Source: an uncultured Acidimicrobiia bacterium
Lineage (GTDB): Bacteria; Actinomycetota; Acidimicrobiia; Spongiisociales; UBA4744
NCBI GenBank assembly: GCA_964496205.1
Contig: CAZBXV010000006.1
Coordinates: 1 to 62,738, forward strand
Direction: 5' to 3'
Length of the DNA: 62,738 bases
Shown: positions 28,113 through 38,283 of the stretch, in pieces
Layout: every line of letters starts with the position of its first letter
Numbering within the stretch: the first letter of the stretch is position 1
The notes under the pieces: model-generated
Databases searched by the model: none
What the model saw: only the letters and a program-made list of their open reading frames with translations
What the model was told of the DNA's origin: nothing
Translations under genes and position numbers: made by a program

Positions 28113-28846
28113 CAGACGGCGGTGCTCGCCACTTCGAGCGCGAGGACCGCGATGTCCCCTTCTGCCTGCAGCGAGGTATTTTCGGCAGAGAGCCTGCCGG
28201 TGGCGACACGACACCATTGCCCGGCCTGCCCCTTGATGATCTGGTCGCTGTCTTCGGGTCCATGTACCCACTTCGCGTAGCCAGGTCCGATGACTTCCAG
28301 CCTGATCGGTGTGTAGACGTGACCCGCCTTCTTGAAGGCATGGGGGAGCGACTGCCAGGCGAACCTCGCGATGTGGCGGATTCGGGGCGTGTCCTCCGCT
28401 TCGATGTCGGCGATGTTTTGCACGTCGATCCCGTACGCCCAGGTCTCGGTGAGTCGGGCCGTTGCAAAGGTGCGTGCGGCGATATCGCCGGAGAACCAGG
28501 GGAGTCGTTGAGAAGGGCCCATTCGAGAGAGCGCGTCGACGACGCCTGCTCTGGCACCGCGCCACCACTCGATGACGTCCTGGGGCCGCATGGACCGTCC
28601 TCGTTCGATTCCGGACGATGCGTACTCCTCGAGTGATGAGTGCGTGTCGGACTCTCGCAACGGCGCGTCGCCTTCTTCGATGACCCTGAGGGCGAACTCC
28701 TCGGAGGACGCGAGGAACGCGACGATGTCCTGGATCGTCCATCCTCTGGACGTCGTGTGACGAGTCCAGTCGCGGATGGCGATCTTCTGGAGGAGTTGGT
28801 CGAGGGACTGCTCCTCGGCTACGAGGTCAGAGAGAATCTCACGCAC
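28112..28846 (-). CDS. Mycothiol-dependent maleylpyruvate isomerase family (TIGR03084-like) protein
   Basis: DLVAE..SLD, GWTIQD, ARL.ETWAYG.D, LRHIA-like motif; the usual His positions appear substituted. Confidence 0.75.
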   Translation of the reverse strand: MREILSDLVAEEQSLDQLLQKIAIRDWTRHTTSRGWTIQDIVAFLASSEEFALRVIEEGDAPLRESDTHSSLEEYASSGIERGRSMRPQDVIEWWRGARAGVVDALSRMGPSQRLPWFSGDIAARTFATARLTETWAYGIDVQNIADIEAEDTPRIRHIARFAWQSLPHAFKKAGHVYTPIRLEVIGPGYAKWVHGPEDSDQIIKGQAGQWCRVATGRLSAENTSLQAEGDIAVLALEVASTAV

Positions 28847-28890
28847 GACCCAATAGGATAGTCGCAGATAGCCCGGTCGGATCAGCCGCG

Positions 28891-29961
28891 TCAGACGTTG
28901 AACGTTGGCGGAGGGTGAACCACCGGTTGAGGCTCGACGAGGGCGTTCAACGCATCGACGAACTGACGGAGTCTCCCGTAGGACCTCCGATTGAAGAACA
29001 GCGCGACGCGGGCGTCGTCCAGGGAGTCCTCGTCACGAATCTCGACGGGGGTCGCCTCGATCGTTTCGATCTCGCCCTTTGCCACGATGTCCGCGAATCG
29101 TTCATTCAGATCCTGGAGCTGTGATGCGGTGGGGGCGAGCCGCATTCGCAGAACGAGCCTGCCGTCCACGTACCGCTGAGATCGGTAGTTCGCGTAGAAG
29201 TGACTGATCTCGTCTGCAGCATCTCGAGCACTACTCGTGGTCTTGTAGAGCGCGAGATCAGACGGCGCGATGAGGCCATTGCCGAGCAGGTCCTCGCGAA
29301 CGAACTCGTTGAAGGTCTCCCAGTAGCCCGTGTCGTCGGCCTCGAGGAGAACGATTGGGTGGAGATCACTCTTGCCAGTCTGGACGAGCGTCAGCAGCTC
29401 GAATGTCTCATCCATGGTTCCGAACCCACCTGGGAAGAGCGCAAACGCGTGTGACTCCTTGATGAAGCCGACTTTCCGGGTGAAGAAGTACTTGAAGTTG
29501 ATGGTTCGTTCCGCATCGACGTACGGATTCGCCGAGTCTTCGAAGGGCAATCTGATGTTGACGCCGAACGAGTGATCGGCACCGGCGCCCTCGTTGGCGG
29601 CTTGCATGATGCCTGGGCCCGCGCCGGTGACCACCATCCAACCCCGCGTGTCCACCATCTCGCGAGCAAACTCGAGTGCAAGCCGGTAGTTGGGGTCGTT
29701 CTCGTCGACGCGCGCCGACCCGAAAACCGTCACCTTCGGAGTATCCCTGTACTTGGAGAATATGAGCGTCGAGTAGCGAAGCTCCTTGACGGCGGCGTTG
29801 ATGAGCTTGACGTCGCCGCGTTCGGCATGATCCCGATACAGCTTCACAGAGGAAACGATCAGCTCCTTGATCAGATCCTCTTGGGAGCCGTCGCCTGCTG
29901 CGTTGACGAGTTCGTCGATGAGATCGTCGAGCTTCTCGTTACCGGTGTTGTATGGGCGCAT
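28891..29961 (-). CDS. LOG family (TIGR00730) Rossmann-fold protein
   Basis: VTVFGSAR, TGAGPGIM.AAN.GA, FKYFFTRK, FPGGFGTMDE. Confidence 0.9.
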   Translation of the reverse strand: MRPYNTGNEKLDDLIDELVNAAGDGSQEDLIKELIVSSVKLYRDHAERGDVKLINAAVKELRYSTLIFSKYRDTPKVTVFGSARVDENDPNYRLALEFAREMVDTRGWMVVTGAGPGIMQAANEGAGADHSFGVNIRLPFEDSANPYVDAERTINFKYFFTRKVGFIKESHAFALFPGGFGTMDETFELLTLVQTGKSDLHPIVLLEADDTGYWETFNEFVREDLLGNGLIAPSDLALYKTTSSARDAADEISHFYANYRSQRYVDGRLVLRMRLAPTASQLQDLNERFADIVAKGEIETIEATPVEIRDEDSLDDARVALFFNRRSYGRLRQFVDALNALVEPQPVVHPPPTFNV

Positions 29962-30042
29962 CTTGCGAGGCTAGCGGTTCTGTCCGCAGAGGTTGGCGGC
30001 GGCAAAGGACCGGCCCGTACGATCGAGTGGTATCCGCACGGG

Positions 30043-31032
30043 TCAGTCCGAGAAAGGCGGCCCGCCCGGACCTTTGCGAACCACAGCGCTCCACACGGTC
30101 TCGTAGTGATCTCTGTCGTAGGGGTCGACATGGGGAAGCACGAATTCTCTCCACGCCTGTTGGAGAGGGTCATCGTCCTCCGCAAAAACCACGAGACCCG
30201 TCGGGAGCCGATCGAGGACCGTTCGAAGGCTCATCGGGGTCTCGACACGTGTTCCCGCATCACGGGCTGTGAACGACTCGTTCGCTTCGATGGTCAGCCG
30301 GGCGATGGCGCTCACGAACTCGTCCTGGAGTGTCGGATACCGACGGCGCAGCATCTCCTCGACCTGCTCGACCGTCGGGAAGTCCTTCTCCCAGATGACC
30401 CACCGGTCCGCGAACGCCTTGTTGAGGGTTTGTGTGCCCGCATAGTCGCGAAGATCAGTCGGGTTCATCGTCCCGAAGATGCGCACGTCGCTTCGTAGCT
30501 GAACTGATTCCCCGTTGGGAAGATCGAGCGTCGCATAGCGGTCGAGGAGACCGTGAAGCGCGAACAGCGTTTCGGCGCCTGCAGCGTTCAATTCGGAGAG
30601 ATTGACGAGGGCCGGGCCCCGCAGCGCTCGAGTGATGTCACCGTCTTCCCATCGGCTCTCGGTTCCTCCCTTGCCGTCACTGTGGAGTTGGGTCGATCCG
30701 ATGAGTGTCACGTCACGGACTTCACCTGTCAGCGGAACCCTGAAGTAGGGGAGGCGAAGGAGCGCCGCGAATTGCTCGATATCGTGGTCCTTCCCCGTTC
30801 CCATGTGGCCCCGGACGGCGACATGCAGTGGTATGAACTCCGGTCCCGTGGATCGGCGGACTCGTTCGATCGAAGCGAATCGGTACAGCATTCCCAGGTC
30901 GACGTAGTACGGATCAGGCTCGGGGATCTTGGCGGCTCGATGTTCCTCGAGGCCGTCCGGGAACTCGAATGTCTCGAGTTCGATCGGTGCGCCCCGGCCT
31001 GACGGGTCGGTGAACGTAACGGTCTTAGCCAA
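30043..31032 (-). CDS. MoxR/CbbQ/CobS-like AAA+ ATPase with atypical Walker motifs
   Basis: GHMGTGKD, LVNLSELN, GTMNP...YAGT..LNKAFADRW; AAAGGAG SD before TTG 31032. Confidence 0.85.
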   Translation of the reverse strand: MAKTVTFTDPSGRGAPIELETFEFPDGLEEHRAAKIPEPDPYYVDLGMLYRFASIERVRRSTGPEFIPLHVAVRGHMGTGKDHDIEQFAALLRLPYFRVPLTGEVRDVTLIGSTQLHSDGKGGTESRWEDGDITRALRGPALVNLSELNAAGAETLFALHGLLDRYATLDLPNGESVQLRSDVRIFGTMNPTDLRDYAGTQTLNKAFADRWVIWEKDFPTVEQVEEMLRRRYPTLQDEFVSAIARLTIEANESFTARDAGTRVETPMSLRTVLDRLPTGLVVFAEDDDPLQQAWREFVLPHVDPYDRDHYETVWSAVVRKGPGGPPFSD

Positions 31033-33037
31033 TGGTGCGCTCCTTTGGTTTGTTTCGAGCTGCTCTGCCCCACCACGTGTCGACTCCCCAGAGGGCAAGG
31101 CTTCGCCTGAGGGCCGAACGAACACCGTCCACCATCGCCGACGCGAGCTGGTCTGGGCTCTCTGCGACCTCGTGGCGGGTGTAGGTCTCTTGGACGGTAG
31201 CGTCACCGATTCCGATGCCGAGCACCGTCGTGCCGGACCGTTCGATATCTGCGGCAGACTTGGCGAGGGCCGTCGAAGATCCCCGCGTCATTCCGTCGGA
31301 GAGGACGACGAGGACGCGGACGTTGGTTCGGCGTTGAGCCATCCGCTGCGCGGCGTGGACCAGATTGAACTCGTCGACGTTGGCTGCCTTGTCGAACATG
31401 GAAACGGGGGGTCCCTGCGAAGCGTCACGGCGCGCCTGTGCGCCCGCTCCGGCAGGATCGTACGCTGTCCAGAACAGACCCGCGATCAGGTCCTCCGCCT
31501 GCCTCCAGGGCTCGTCGAATGTCTTGATCAGATAGTGGTTGATGGTGTTTGTCAGCCGCTGGGCATCGCCGCCCCGGTTCTGACGCAGCCCGCCGAGCGT
31601 TCGCTGTCTCCTCTGGAGGAAGGACTGTTCGGAGTCGTCAGAGCGGGCAGCGAACCCTCGATTGAACACCGCGACCTCGAATTCGAGCTGGAGTTCGTCG
31701 GCGAGACGGGCAAGCGTCCATGCGCCGAGCGTTGCCGCCGACATCGCCCACCTGCCCGACGGTTGAAGCATCGACGCCGAACCGTCGATCAGCAGGCTCA
31801 CCGCGTACGCACGCCTCGTGGGCAGGTCCCGCCGCTCGTACATCCGCTTGTACAGACCCGCTCCGAGGAACAAAGCCGAGTATGGGGACAGATCGCCGGC
31901 ATCGAATCCGGCACGAAGGCCCCGGCGCTGGTTGGCGATGAACAGCGGATGCAGCTCGCCCGATACGTGCTGCTGCGCGACGGACCAACGCCTGGCGGCG
32001 TGCTCGACGGCCGCTCTTCCTTGCTGTGAGAACAACCGGAATCGATCGGGGAATGGGGTGACGATCAGCTTCCCTTGCTGTCCGGTGGGGAGGAAGACCG
32101 ACGGCGCCTGGCTGACTCGGAGAAGTTGGTCTGTGGATGCCTCGCCGGCGAGCTGCGCCGGAGCCTTGCGTCCGGTCGCTCCCGCCCGCGCGTCGGCTGC
32201 CCGCTTCGTCCCCTCATAACCCTCCGAGCTCTCTACGACCGGTGAGTGGAGGCGTACATCATCGACCGAATCCTGGATCGTCGATGCGTCCGTCTTCGGC
32301 TGACCGACAGGAGAGGTCAGCTTGTGGCGGCGGGCGATCTCGAGCAGACGAAACGCGATCCCGGCCACCTCCCAAGGTCCAGGTGCGTCGATCACATCGG
32401 TCAGAAGAGGACGCGCCTCGTCGAGTGCTGCGGCGGTTCTCGGGTGGAGTGTGACCCGGGGAAGCCGATAGCCGCCGGTGCGGAGGAAGCATACGAGCGC
32501 GAACTGGCCGAGAGGGCTCAACCGATCGAGCGCGTGTGCAGAAGACGCCCGGTAGAGGTCGGCGAGTACGGACAGTGCGCCCGGATATCTGGAGAGGTGG
32601 ACTCGTTCTTGGCGGGCATCCTCCAGTGCGAAGAACAGCGCTTCGACATCCGGACTGCCGCCGAGCGCGTGGGGGATCGTGATCGGCGCGTCGCCGGTAT
32701 CGGTACCCCACTCGGGGGGAGCAGGCCGTTCGTCGGACAGGTCGGTGGCGAGAAGGTGCACGACTTCGTGCAACGCCGACGCGAGCGCGACTTCGGCAGG
32801 CGTCACCGGAGCGTTACGGGCGTAGGCCGCCTGAAAGGTGGCGGGATTGAGCACGATCTCAGATGCGCCGGCGCTCGTATCGGCACCCAGCAAGACGTTC
32901 AGATCGTCATTCCCGGAGAGCGATCGAGCGAAGCGGGTGACGGCCGGAGCGACCTGCTGATAGCGAGCAACGACCGCCTCGATCGCTTGGAGTTCGGCGG
33001 GAAAGAGCTGGGTGAGTTGGGTACGGGGTTTCGCCAC
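31025..33037 (-). CDS. VWA domain protein (CobT/NorD/CbbO-like AAA+ partner)
   Basis: N-terminal ALHEVVH...LEDARQER; MIDAS DGSASM, VLSDG, LGIGIG. Confidence 0.8.
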   Translation of the reverse strand: MAKPRTQLTQLFPAELQAIEAVVARYQQVAPAVTRFARSLSGNDDLNVLLGADTSAGASEIVLNPATFQAAYARNAPVTPAEVALASALHEVVHLLATDLSDERPAPPEWGTDTGDAPITIPHALGGSPDVEALFFALEDARQERVHLSRYPGALSVLADLYRASSAHALDRLSPLGQFALVCFLRTGGYRLPRVTLHPRTAAALDEARPLLTDVIDAPGPWEVAGIAFRLLEIARRHKLTSPVGQPKTDASTIQDSVDDVRLHSPVVESSEGYEGTKRAADARAGATGRKAPAQLAGEASTDQLLRVSQAPSVFLPTGQQGKLIVTPFPDRFRLFSQQGRAAVEHAARRWSVAQQHVSGELHPLFIANQRRGLRAGFDAGDLSPYSALFLGAGLYKRMYERRDLPTRRAYAVSLLIDGSASMLQPSGRWAMSAATLGAWTLARLADELQLEFEVAVFNRGFAARSDDSEQSFLQRRQRTLGGLRQNRGGDAQRLTNTINHYLIKTFDEPWRQAEDLIAGLFWTAYDPAGAGAQARRDASQGPPVSMFDKAANVDEFNLVHAAQRMAQRRTNVRVLVVLSDGMTRGSSTALAKSAADIERSGTTVLGIGIGDATVQETYTRHEVAESPDQLASAMVDGVRSALRRSLALWGVDTWWGRAARNKPKERTIG

Positions 33038-33054
33038 AACTCCCCATTGTCACA

Positions 33055-33864
33055 TCAGGCTGCCAGTATCGCCAGCGCTCCGACGACGACCGCCACCATG
33101 GCGACCCCAACGGCGACCCACACCCTCGTCGCCGCGGACCTCGATCTGACACCGAGCTTCTGCCACGTGAACACAACCAGCATGCCGGCGGCGAGACCTC
33201 CGAGGTGGGCTTGCCATGCGATGCCTCGGAGCCAGAACCCCAACGCCAGGTTGAGGACCAAGAGCGCGATGAGCTGCTGCCAGAGTCGCCGTCCGTGGGG
33301 TGTGTGGCGAATCTTGTAGGAGGCCACGATCCAGGCACCGAAGAGCCCGAAGATCGCTCCTGAGGCCCCCACGGCTGCGCCCGCGGGTACGAGTATCAGA
33401 TATGCAACGGACCCCCACAACAGCGATGCCCCATAGAGGGCGGCGAAAGCCAGAGATCCCGTCTGGCGTTCGATCTGCGGCCCGAACAGGTAGAGGGCGT
33501 ACATGTTGAAGCCGATGTGGATCAGGTTGAGGTGGAGAAACGCGCCCGTGACCAATCGCCACCACTCACCTGCATAGACGGCTGCGTTGTATTGCTCCAG
33601 GCTCGCGAACAGAGGGTGCCACAGGTAGACGGCGATCACGTACAAGCCGATATTGATCGCGAGGAGCGCGGCTGTCACAGGGGGAATCGTGGTCACGGCG
33701 GCACGTCCGTTGATGACCTTCGTCGTCGACCTCGCGCAGTCGACGCACTTCTGGCCGACCGGCGTGTCGACGGAGCACTGCGGGCAGATCGGCCTGTTGC
33801 AGGACGAGCATCGCAGGCGCGTCTCTCTGTTCGGGTGGCGGTAGCAGACGGCTGGTTCAGTCAC
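33055..33864 (-). CDS. Rhomboid intramembrane serine protease with N-terminal zinc finger
   Basis: CYRHP..ET..RC..C.RPIC..C; HIGFNM, GASGA, AHLGG. Confidence 0.92.
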   Translation of the reverse strand: MTEPAVCYRHPNRETRLRCSSCNRPICPQCSVDTPVGQKCVDCARSTTKVINGRAAVTTIPPVTAALLAINIGLYVIAVYLWHPLFASLEQYNAAVYAGEWWRLVTGAFLHLNLIHIGFNMYALYLFGPQIERQTGSLAFAALYGASLLWGSVAYLILVPAGAAVGASGAIFGLFGAWIVASYKIRHTPHGRRLWQQLIALLVLNLALGFWLRGIAWQAHLGGLAAGMLVVFTWQKLGVRSRSAATRVWVAVGVAMVAVVVGALAILAA

Positions 33865-33919
33865 GGACCGCCACTGTAGAGGCTCCCGGATCGTTCGTGA
33901 TCACTCCTATCATCCGCCC

Positions 33920-35167
33920 ATGTTCTTCGACCGGACCGTCCTGGCCAACGGACTGACCGTGATCACCGAGCCGATGGAAGGGATCCGGTCGCTTGCCGTC
34001 GGTGTGTGGCTCAATACCGGTTCACGTGATGAATTGGAGAACGAGCGCGGTGCATCGCACTTCCTGGAGCATCTCCTCTTCAAGGGCACCGAGTCGATGA
34101 GTGCGCTGGAGATCGCCCAGCGGTTTGATGCGATAGGAGCTGAAGCGAACGCCTTCACGACCAAGGACGCGACCTGTTTCTGGGTGCGTCTCCTCGACGA
34201 GAACCTCGCCGAGGGGCTCGACCTGCTGGCAGCGATGGTGCAGCGCCCGGCGTTTCGTCGACCAGATGTCGAATCCGAACGAGACGTCGTGTTGGAAGAA
34301 CTCAACATGAGTGAAGACGATCCCGAAGACGTCGTACACGAGCGATTCCTCACCGAAGTGTTCCATGGGCATCCCCTCGCATATCCGGTGCTCGGATCCC
34401 GTGCCTCTGTGGAGTCGCTCACCGGCGATGTGCTGGGGCGCTACTGGCAGCGCCGCTACCGGGCCGCATCTTCGGTCATCGCCGCGTCGGGACACGTCGA
34501 TCATGCACAGCTCGTGGATCTGGCCGGCGACGCCTTCGCCGGGTGGAATGGACGCATCGACCACAGAAAGCTGACGCCGACCGGTCCGGCGGGCGGGGTA
34601 GACACCATGTGGAGAGAAGGCGAGCAGGTGCACCTGGTGCTCGGCGGTCGTGGACCCTCCAGGAAGGACACTCATCGATACGCGTTCGGTGTGCTCGATT
34701 CGGTGTTGGGAGGCACCACGTCGTCGCGGCTCTTCCATGCCGTCCGGGAGAACCGGGGTCTGGCCTACTCCGTGTACAGCTTCCGTTCCGCGTTCGAAGA
34801 CGCGGGTGCGTACGGGGTCTACGTCGCGACGACGCCTCGCAACGTGCCTGTCGTTCTCGAAGTGCTCGCCGAGGAGCTCGACGGACTGATAAGAGACGGC
34901 GTCACGGAAGCAGAGCTCGCCAGGGTGAAGGGAGGGGTCCGAGGATCGATGGCGCTCGCGCTCGAGGATCCGAACAGCCGCATGATGCGCCTCGGAGGTG
35001 ACGAGCTGAGCGGCGAGGAGCATCTGACCGTTGACGAGCTCATCGCAAAGGTTGACGCGGTTACAGTCGACGATGTGCGCGACGCCGCCGAAGCCGTTCT
35101 GACGGGGCCACGACTCCTTACGACCGTCGGACCGATCGGTGAACGGGATCTGGAGGGATACGCATGA
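33920..35167 (+). CDS. M16 (pitrilysin) family zinc peptidase
   Basis: HFLEHLLFKGT (HxxEH), NAFT, SRLF..VRE.RGLAYSV. Confidence 0.92.
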   Translation: MFFDRTVLANGLTVITEPMEGIRSLAVGVWLNTGSRDELENERGASHFLEHLLFKGTESMSALEIAQRFDAIGAEANAFTTKDATCFWVRLLDENLAEGLDLLAAMVQRPAFRRPDVESERDVVLEELNMSEDDPEDVVHERFLTEVFHGHPLAYPVLGSRASVESLTGDVLGRYWQRRYRAASSVIAASGHVDHAQLVDLAGDAFAGWNGRIDHRKLTPTGPAGGVDTMWREGEQVHLVLGGRGPSRKDTHRYAFGVLDSVLGGTTSSRLFHAVRENRGLAYSVYSFRSAFEDAGAYGVYVATTPRNVPVVLEVLAEELDGLIRDGVTEAELARVKGGVRGSMALALEDPNSRMMRLGGDELSGEEHLTVDELIAKVDAVTVDDVRDAAEAVLTGPRLLTTVGPIGERDLEGYA

Positions 35168-35916
35168 ACATCGGGATCTCAGGTGCCGGGGGACGAATGG
35201 GGAGGGCCGTTGCTGCCGCCGTTGCCGACTCCCATGTCCTGTCGCTGGCAGCGTTGTTTGATCCCGCCGCCGCAGGCGACACCATCGAAGGTGTGACGGT
35301 CGCGAGCAGCCCGAATGCGCTGGAGCGGTGCGACGTGGTTGTCGAATTCACCAACCCCGATGTCGTGATGGGCAATCTTCAAGCGTGGCGGGATCTCGGC
35401 CTCCACGCCGTGGTGGGAACATCGGGCTTCACTGCAGAACGAATCGGTCAGGTACGGGCGATGTGGGACACCGGGCCGCAAGGATGTCTCATCGTCCCCA
35501 ACTTCTCCATCGGAGCCGTGCTCATGATGCGTTTCGCAGAGATTGCGGCACCGCACTTCGCCGCTGCGGAAGTCATCGAACTCCACCACGACCGAAAGGC
35601 CGACGCCCCTTCGGGGACCGCGGTTGCCACGGCCGGCCGGATCGCTGCCGCGAAAGCCGAACAGGAACGGGCTGTCGACTCGACCGAACTGATCGATGGT
35701 GTCCGTGGAGGCACGGTGGATGGTGTTTCCGTCCACTCCGTGCGGCTCCCCGGCCTACTGGCCCATCAGGAGGTGCTGTTCGGCAACAGTGGCGAGGTCC
35801 TCGAGATTCGCCATGACACGACTGACAGGTCGGCGTTCATCCCGGGTGTGCTGCTTGCCGTCTCGCGCGTCGCAGAGTTCCCCGGCGTGACCGTCGGCCT
35901 CGACGCACTGCTGTAG
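35164..35916 (+). CDS. dapB: 4-hydroxy-tetrahydrodipicolinate reductase
   Basis: GAGGRMG, GTSG, PNFSIG, ELHHDRKADAPSGTA. Confidence 0.95.
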   Translation: MNIGISGAGGRMGRAVAAAVADSHVLSLAALFDPAAAGDTIEGVTVASSPNALERCDVVVEFTNPDVVMGNLQAWRDLGLHAVVGTSGFTAERIGQVRAMWDTGPQGCLIVPNFSIGAVLMMRFAEIAAPHFAAAEVIELHHDRKADAPSGTAVATAGRIAAAKAEQERAVDSTELIDGVRGGTVDGVSVHSVRLPGLLAHQEVLFGNSGEVLEIRHDTTDRSAFIPGVLLAVSRVAEFPGVTVGLDALL

Positions 35917-35928
35917 CCATTCAGCTAT

Positions 35929-36435
35929 TCAGCTCTCTTCGATCTCGATCCCACTCATGAACGCGTCGTCGACAGGTCGCTCGCCGCGGAGGTCGGTCGC
36001 AGCGATCGAGTCGACGGCATCGAGACCTTCGGTGACCTCCCCAAAGATCGTATAGGCGTGGGGCAGGCCGACGTCCTGGAGACACACGAAGAATTGTGAG
36101 CCGTTGGTGTTGGGTCCGGCGTTCGCCATGGCCACAGTGCCCCGCACGTACTTGCGAGGATGCTCGAGCTCATCACGGAAGCGGTAGCCGGGTCCTCCTC
36201 GTCCGGTTCCTGTCGGATCACCACCTTGGATCACGAATCCGGGAACCACACGATGGAAGATCACGCCATCGAAGAAGCCCTCTCTGGCGAGGAACACGAA
36301 GTTGTTCACCGTCTGCGGTGCCTCGTCTGCGAAGAGATCGATGGAGATGTCACCGTGATTCGTGTGGATCGTCGCCGAGTACTTCTTCGACAGGTCGATC
36401 GTGATGTCTGGCGCGTTGTCGTACTGGGTGGCCAT
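35929..36435 (-). CDS. Cyclophilin-type peptidyl-prolyl isomerase
   Basis: FHRVVPGFVIQGGDP, MANAGPNTNGSQFF. Confidence 0.95.
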   Translation of the reverse strand: MATQYDNAPDITIDLSKKYSATIHTNHGDISIDLFADEAPQTVNNFVFLAREGFFDGVIFHRVVPGFVIQGGDPTGTGRGGPGYRFRDELEHPRKYVRGTVAMANAGPNTNGSQFFVCLQDVGLPHAYTIFGEVTEGLDAVDSIAATDLRGERPVDDAFMSGIEIEES

Positions 36436-36479
36436 GAATACCTCTGATCGCGAATAGGGGCGAGGGTACCCCGCAACTC

Positions 36480-37313
36480 TCAGAACAGTGCGCTCGCCAA
36501 CTTCCTGCGGTAGTGGGCCGTCAGCGGGCTTCCAGGACCGAGGACCTCGAAGACGTCGAGCATCGAGGTGCGCGCCTCGTCTCGGATGGGTCCGCCGAGC
36601 GCGACCGCACGGAGCAGATACTCGAGTGCATCTTCAGGACGGCCGGCAGCGGTCAATGCTCGCCCGAGCTGGAGCAGCAGCGCGCCGTCCTCAGGGTTGG
36701 CCGCGGCCTGTTCCTCGAGGTCGCCGATCGAGGACGTGTCCACGGAGGCGATGCGTGCAGCGGCCGCGAGGCGTTGAACCTCCGGGGTCGGAGGCAACGG
36801 AGACAGCAACGCAAGAGCCTCATCCGTGTCGCCGCTGTCGATGAGGAGGCTTGCGAGGCCCGTTGCGGCCCCCTCGTGGGCAGGATCTGAAGCGAGGGCC
36901 TCCCGATAGAGCTTCGCCGCGGCATCGGCGTTGCCGGATGCGGCGACTGTGGCGGCTCTCGCCGCTTTCTCGTCGGCCTCGGAGGGGATCAGGTCACGCA
37001 GCCAGCTGCGGATCTGGGGCTCGGGGAGCGCACCGGTGAAGCGGGCGGCGGGCGCACCGTTCTTGAAGGCGATCACTGTCGGAATGCCTTGTACCTGAAA
37101 CTGACGTGCGAGATTCGGGTTTGCGTCCACATCGAGTTTTGCCAGCTCGAAGGTGCCGCCGTACTCGTCGGCGAGACGCTCGAGGACCGGCCCGAGCACC
37201 CGGCACGGACCGCACCACTCGGCCCAGAGATCGACGACAACGGGTACTTCTCGGCTTCGTTCGATGACCTCGGCCTGAAACCCGGCCGTGTCCACGTTCT
37301 TGACGTTCTGCAT
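36480..37313 (-). CDS. Thioredoxin + TPR co-chaperone (YbbN/CnoX-like)
   Basis: WAEWCGPC, TPR helices, C-terminal YRRKLASALF. Confidence 0.9.
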   Translation of the reverse strand: MQNVKNVDTAGFQAEVIERSREVPVVVDLWAEWCGPCRVLGPVLERLADEYGGTFELAKLDVDANPNLARQFQVQGIPTVIAFKNGAPAARFTGALPEPQIRSWLRDLIPSEADEKAARAATVAASGNADAAAKLYREALASDPAHEGAATGLASLLIDSGDTDEALALLSPLPPTPEVQRLAAAARIASVDTSSIGDLEEQAAANPEDGALLLQLGRALTAAGRPEDALEYLLRAVALGGPIRDEARTSMLDVFEVLGPGSPLTAHYRRKLASALF

Positions 37314-37401
37314 CGTCGGAAGGGTAGTGGGATGGGCGGGAAGGGAGTGCATGCTCGCAGCCGTGAGACGTCCCTATGCTTAGTGGTCGAAGGAGGTCCC
37401 G

Positions 37402-38283
37402 ATGGCGCCATTCGGACAGGTACTCACCGCCATGATCACCCCGTTCGACGATCAAGGAAACGTTGACTACCAGCAGGCGTGGAATCTGGCGGCCCACCTG
37501 GTGGAAAACGGTTGTGACGGGCTCGTTGTCACCGGAACCACGGGAGAGTCTCCGACACTGACGTCGGATGAGAAGGTGGCCTTGTATCGGACCGTTGTCG
37601 AAGCGGTTGGCTCCAGGGCCGTCGTCGTGGCCGGCACCGGCACGAACAACACCGCCTCGTCCGTCGAACTGGCGAAACGTGCGATCGACGTCGGCTGCCA
37701 CGCCGTCATGGCGGTGACTCCCTACTACTCGAAACCTTCACAGCAAGGCCTCGTTGCACACTTCACCGCCATCGCCGACGCCTCCGACGTGCCGGTGCTC
37801 CTCTACAACGTTCCCGGGCGAACTGGGCGCCTCATCGAAGTAGAGACGCTCGCCGAGTTGTCCCGCCATCCGAGGATCGTCGGTGTCAAGGATGCGGTCA
37901 TGGACATCGACCATACCGCGAAGACTCGACTCGCCGTCGACGAGGACTTCGCCATCTACTCGGGTCAAGACTCGTACACGCTCTCGATGATGACGGTCGG
38001 GGCGATCGGAGTCGTGTCGGTCACCGCACATCTGGTCAGTCGTCAGATCAAGGACATGGTCGAGGCGTTCTCCAAAGGAGACCTCGACGAGGCGATGCGG
38101 ATCAACTACGGACTCCTTCCCATCTCCTACGCGTGCTTTGCCGAGCCCAACCCGACCCCCGTGAAGGCGGCGATGAACCGGCTCTGGGGGTCCGTCGGAA
38201 GACCAAGGCTCCCGCTGGTGGAAGCGTCGAAGGCCACCGTCGACGCGATCGAGCGCGCGCTCGGCGTTGCGCAAGCGCTGTGA
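37402..38283 (+). CDS. dapA: 4-hydroxy-tetrahydrodipicolinate synthase
   Basis: GTTGESPTL, PYY.KP, LYNVPGRT, GVKDA. Confidence 0.95.
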   Translation: MAPFGQVLTAMITPFDDQGNVDYQQAWNLAAHLVENGCDGLVVTGTTGESPTLTSDEKVALYRTVVEAVGSRAVVVAGTGTNNTASSVELAKRAIDVGCHAVMAVTPYYSKPSQQGLVAHFTAIADASDVPVLLYNVPGRTGRLIEVETLAELSRHPRIVGVKDAVMDIDHTAKTRLAVDEDFAIYSGQDSYTLSMMTVGAIGVVSVTAHLVSRQIKDMVEAFSKGDLDEAMRINYGLLPISYACFAEPNPTPVKAAMNRLWGSVGRPRLPLVEASKATVDAIERALGVAQAL

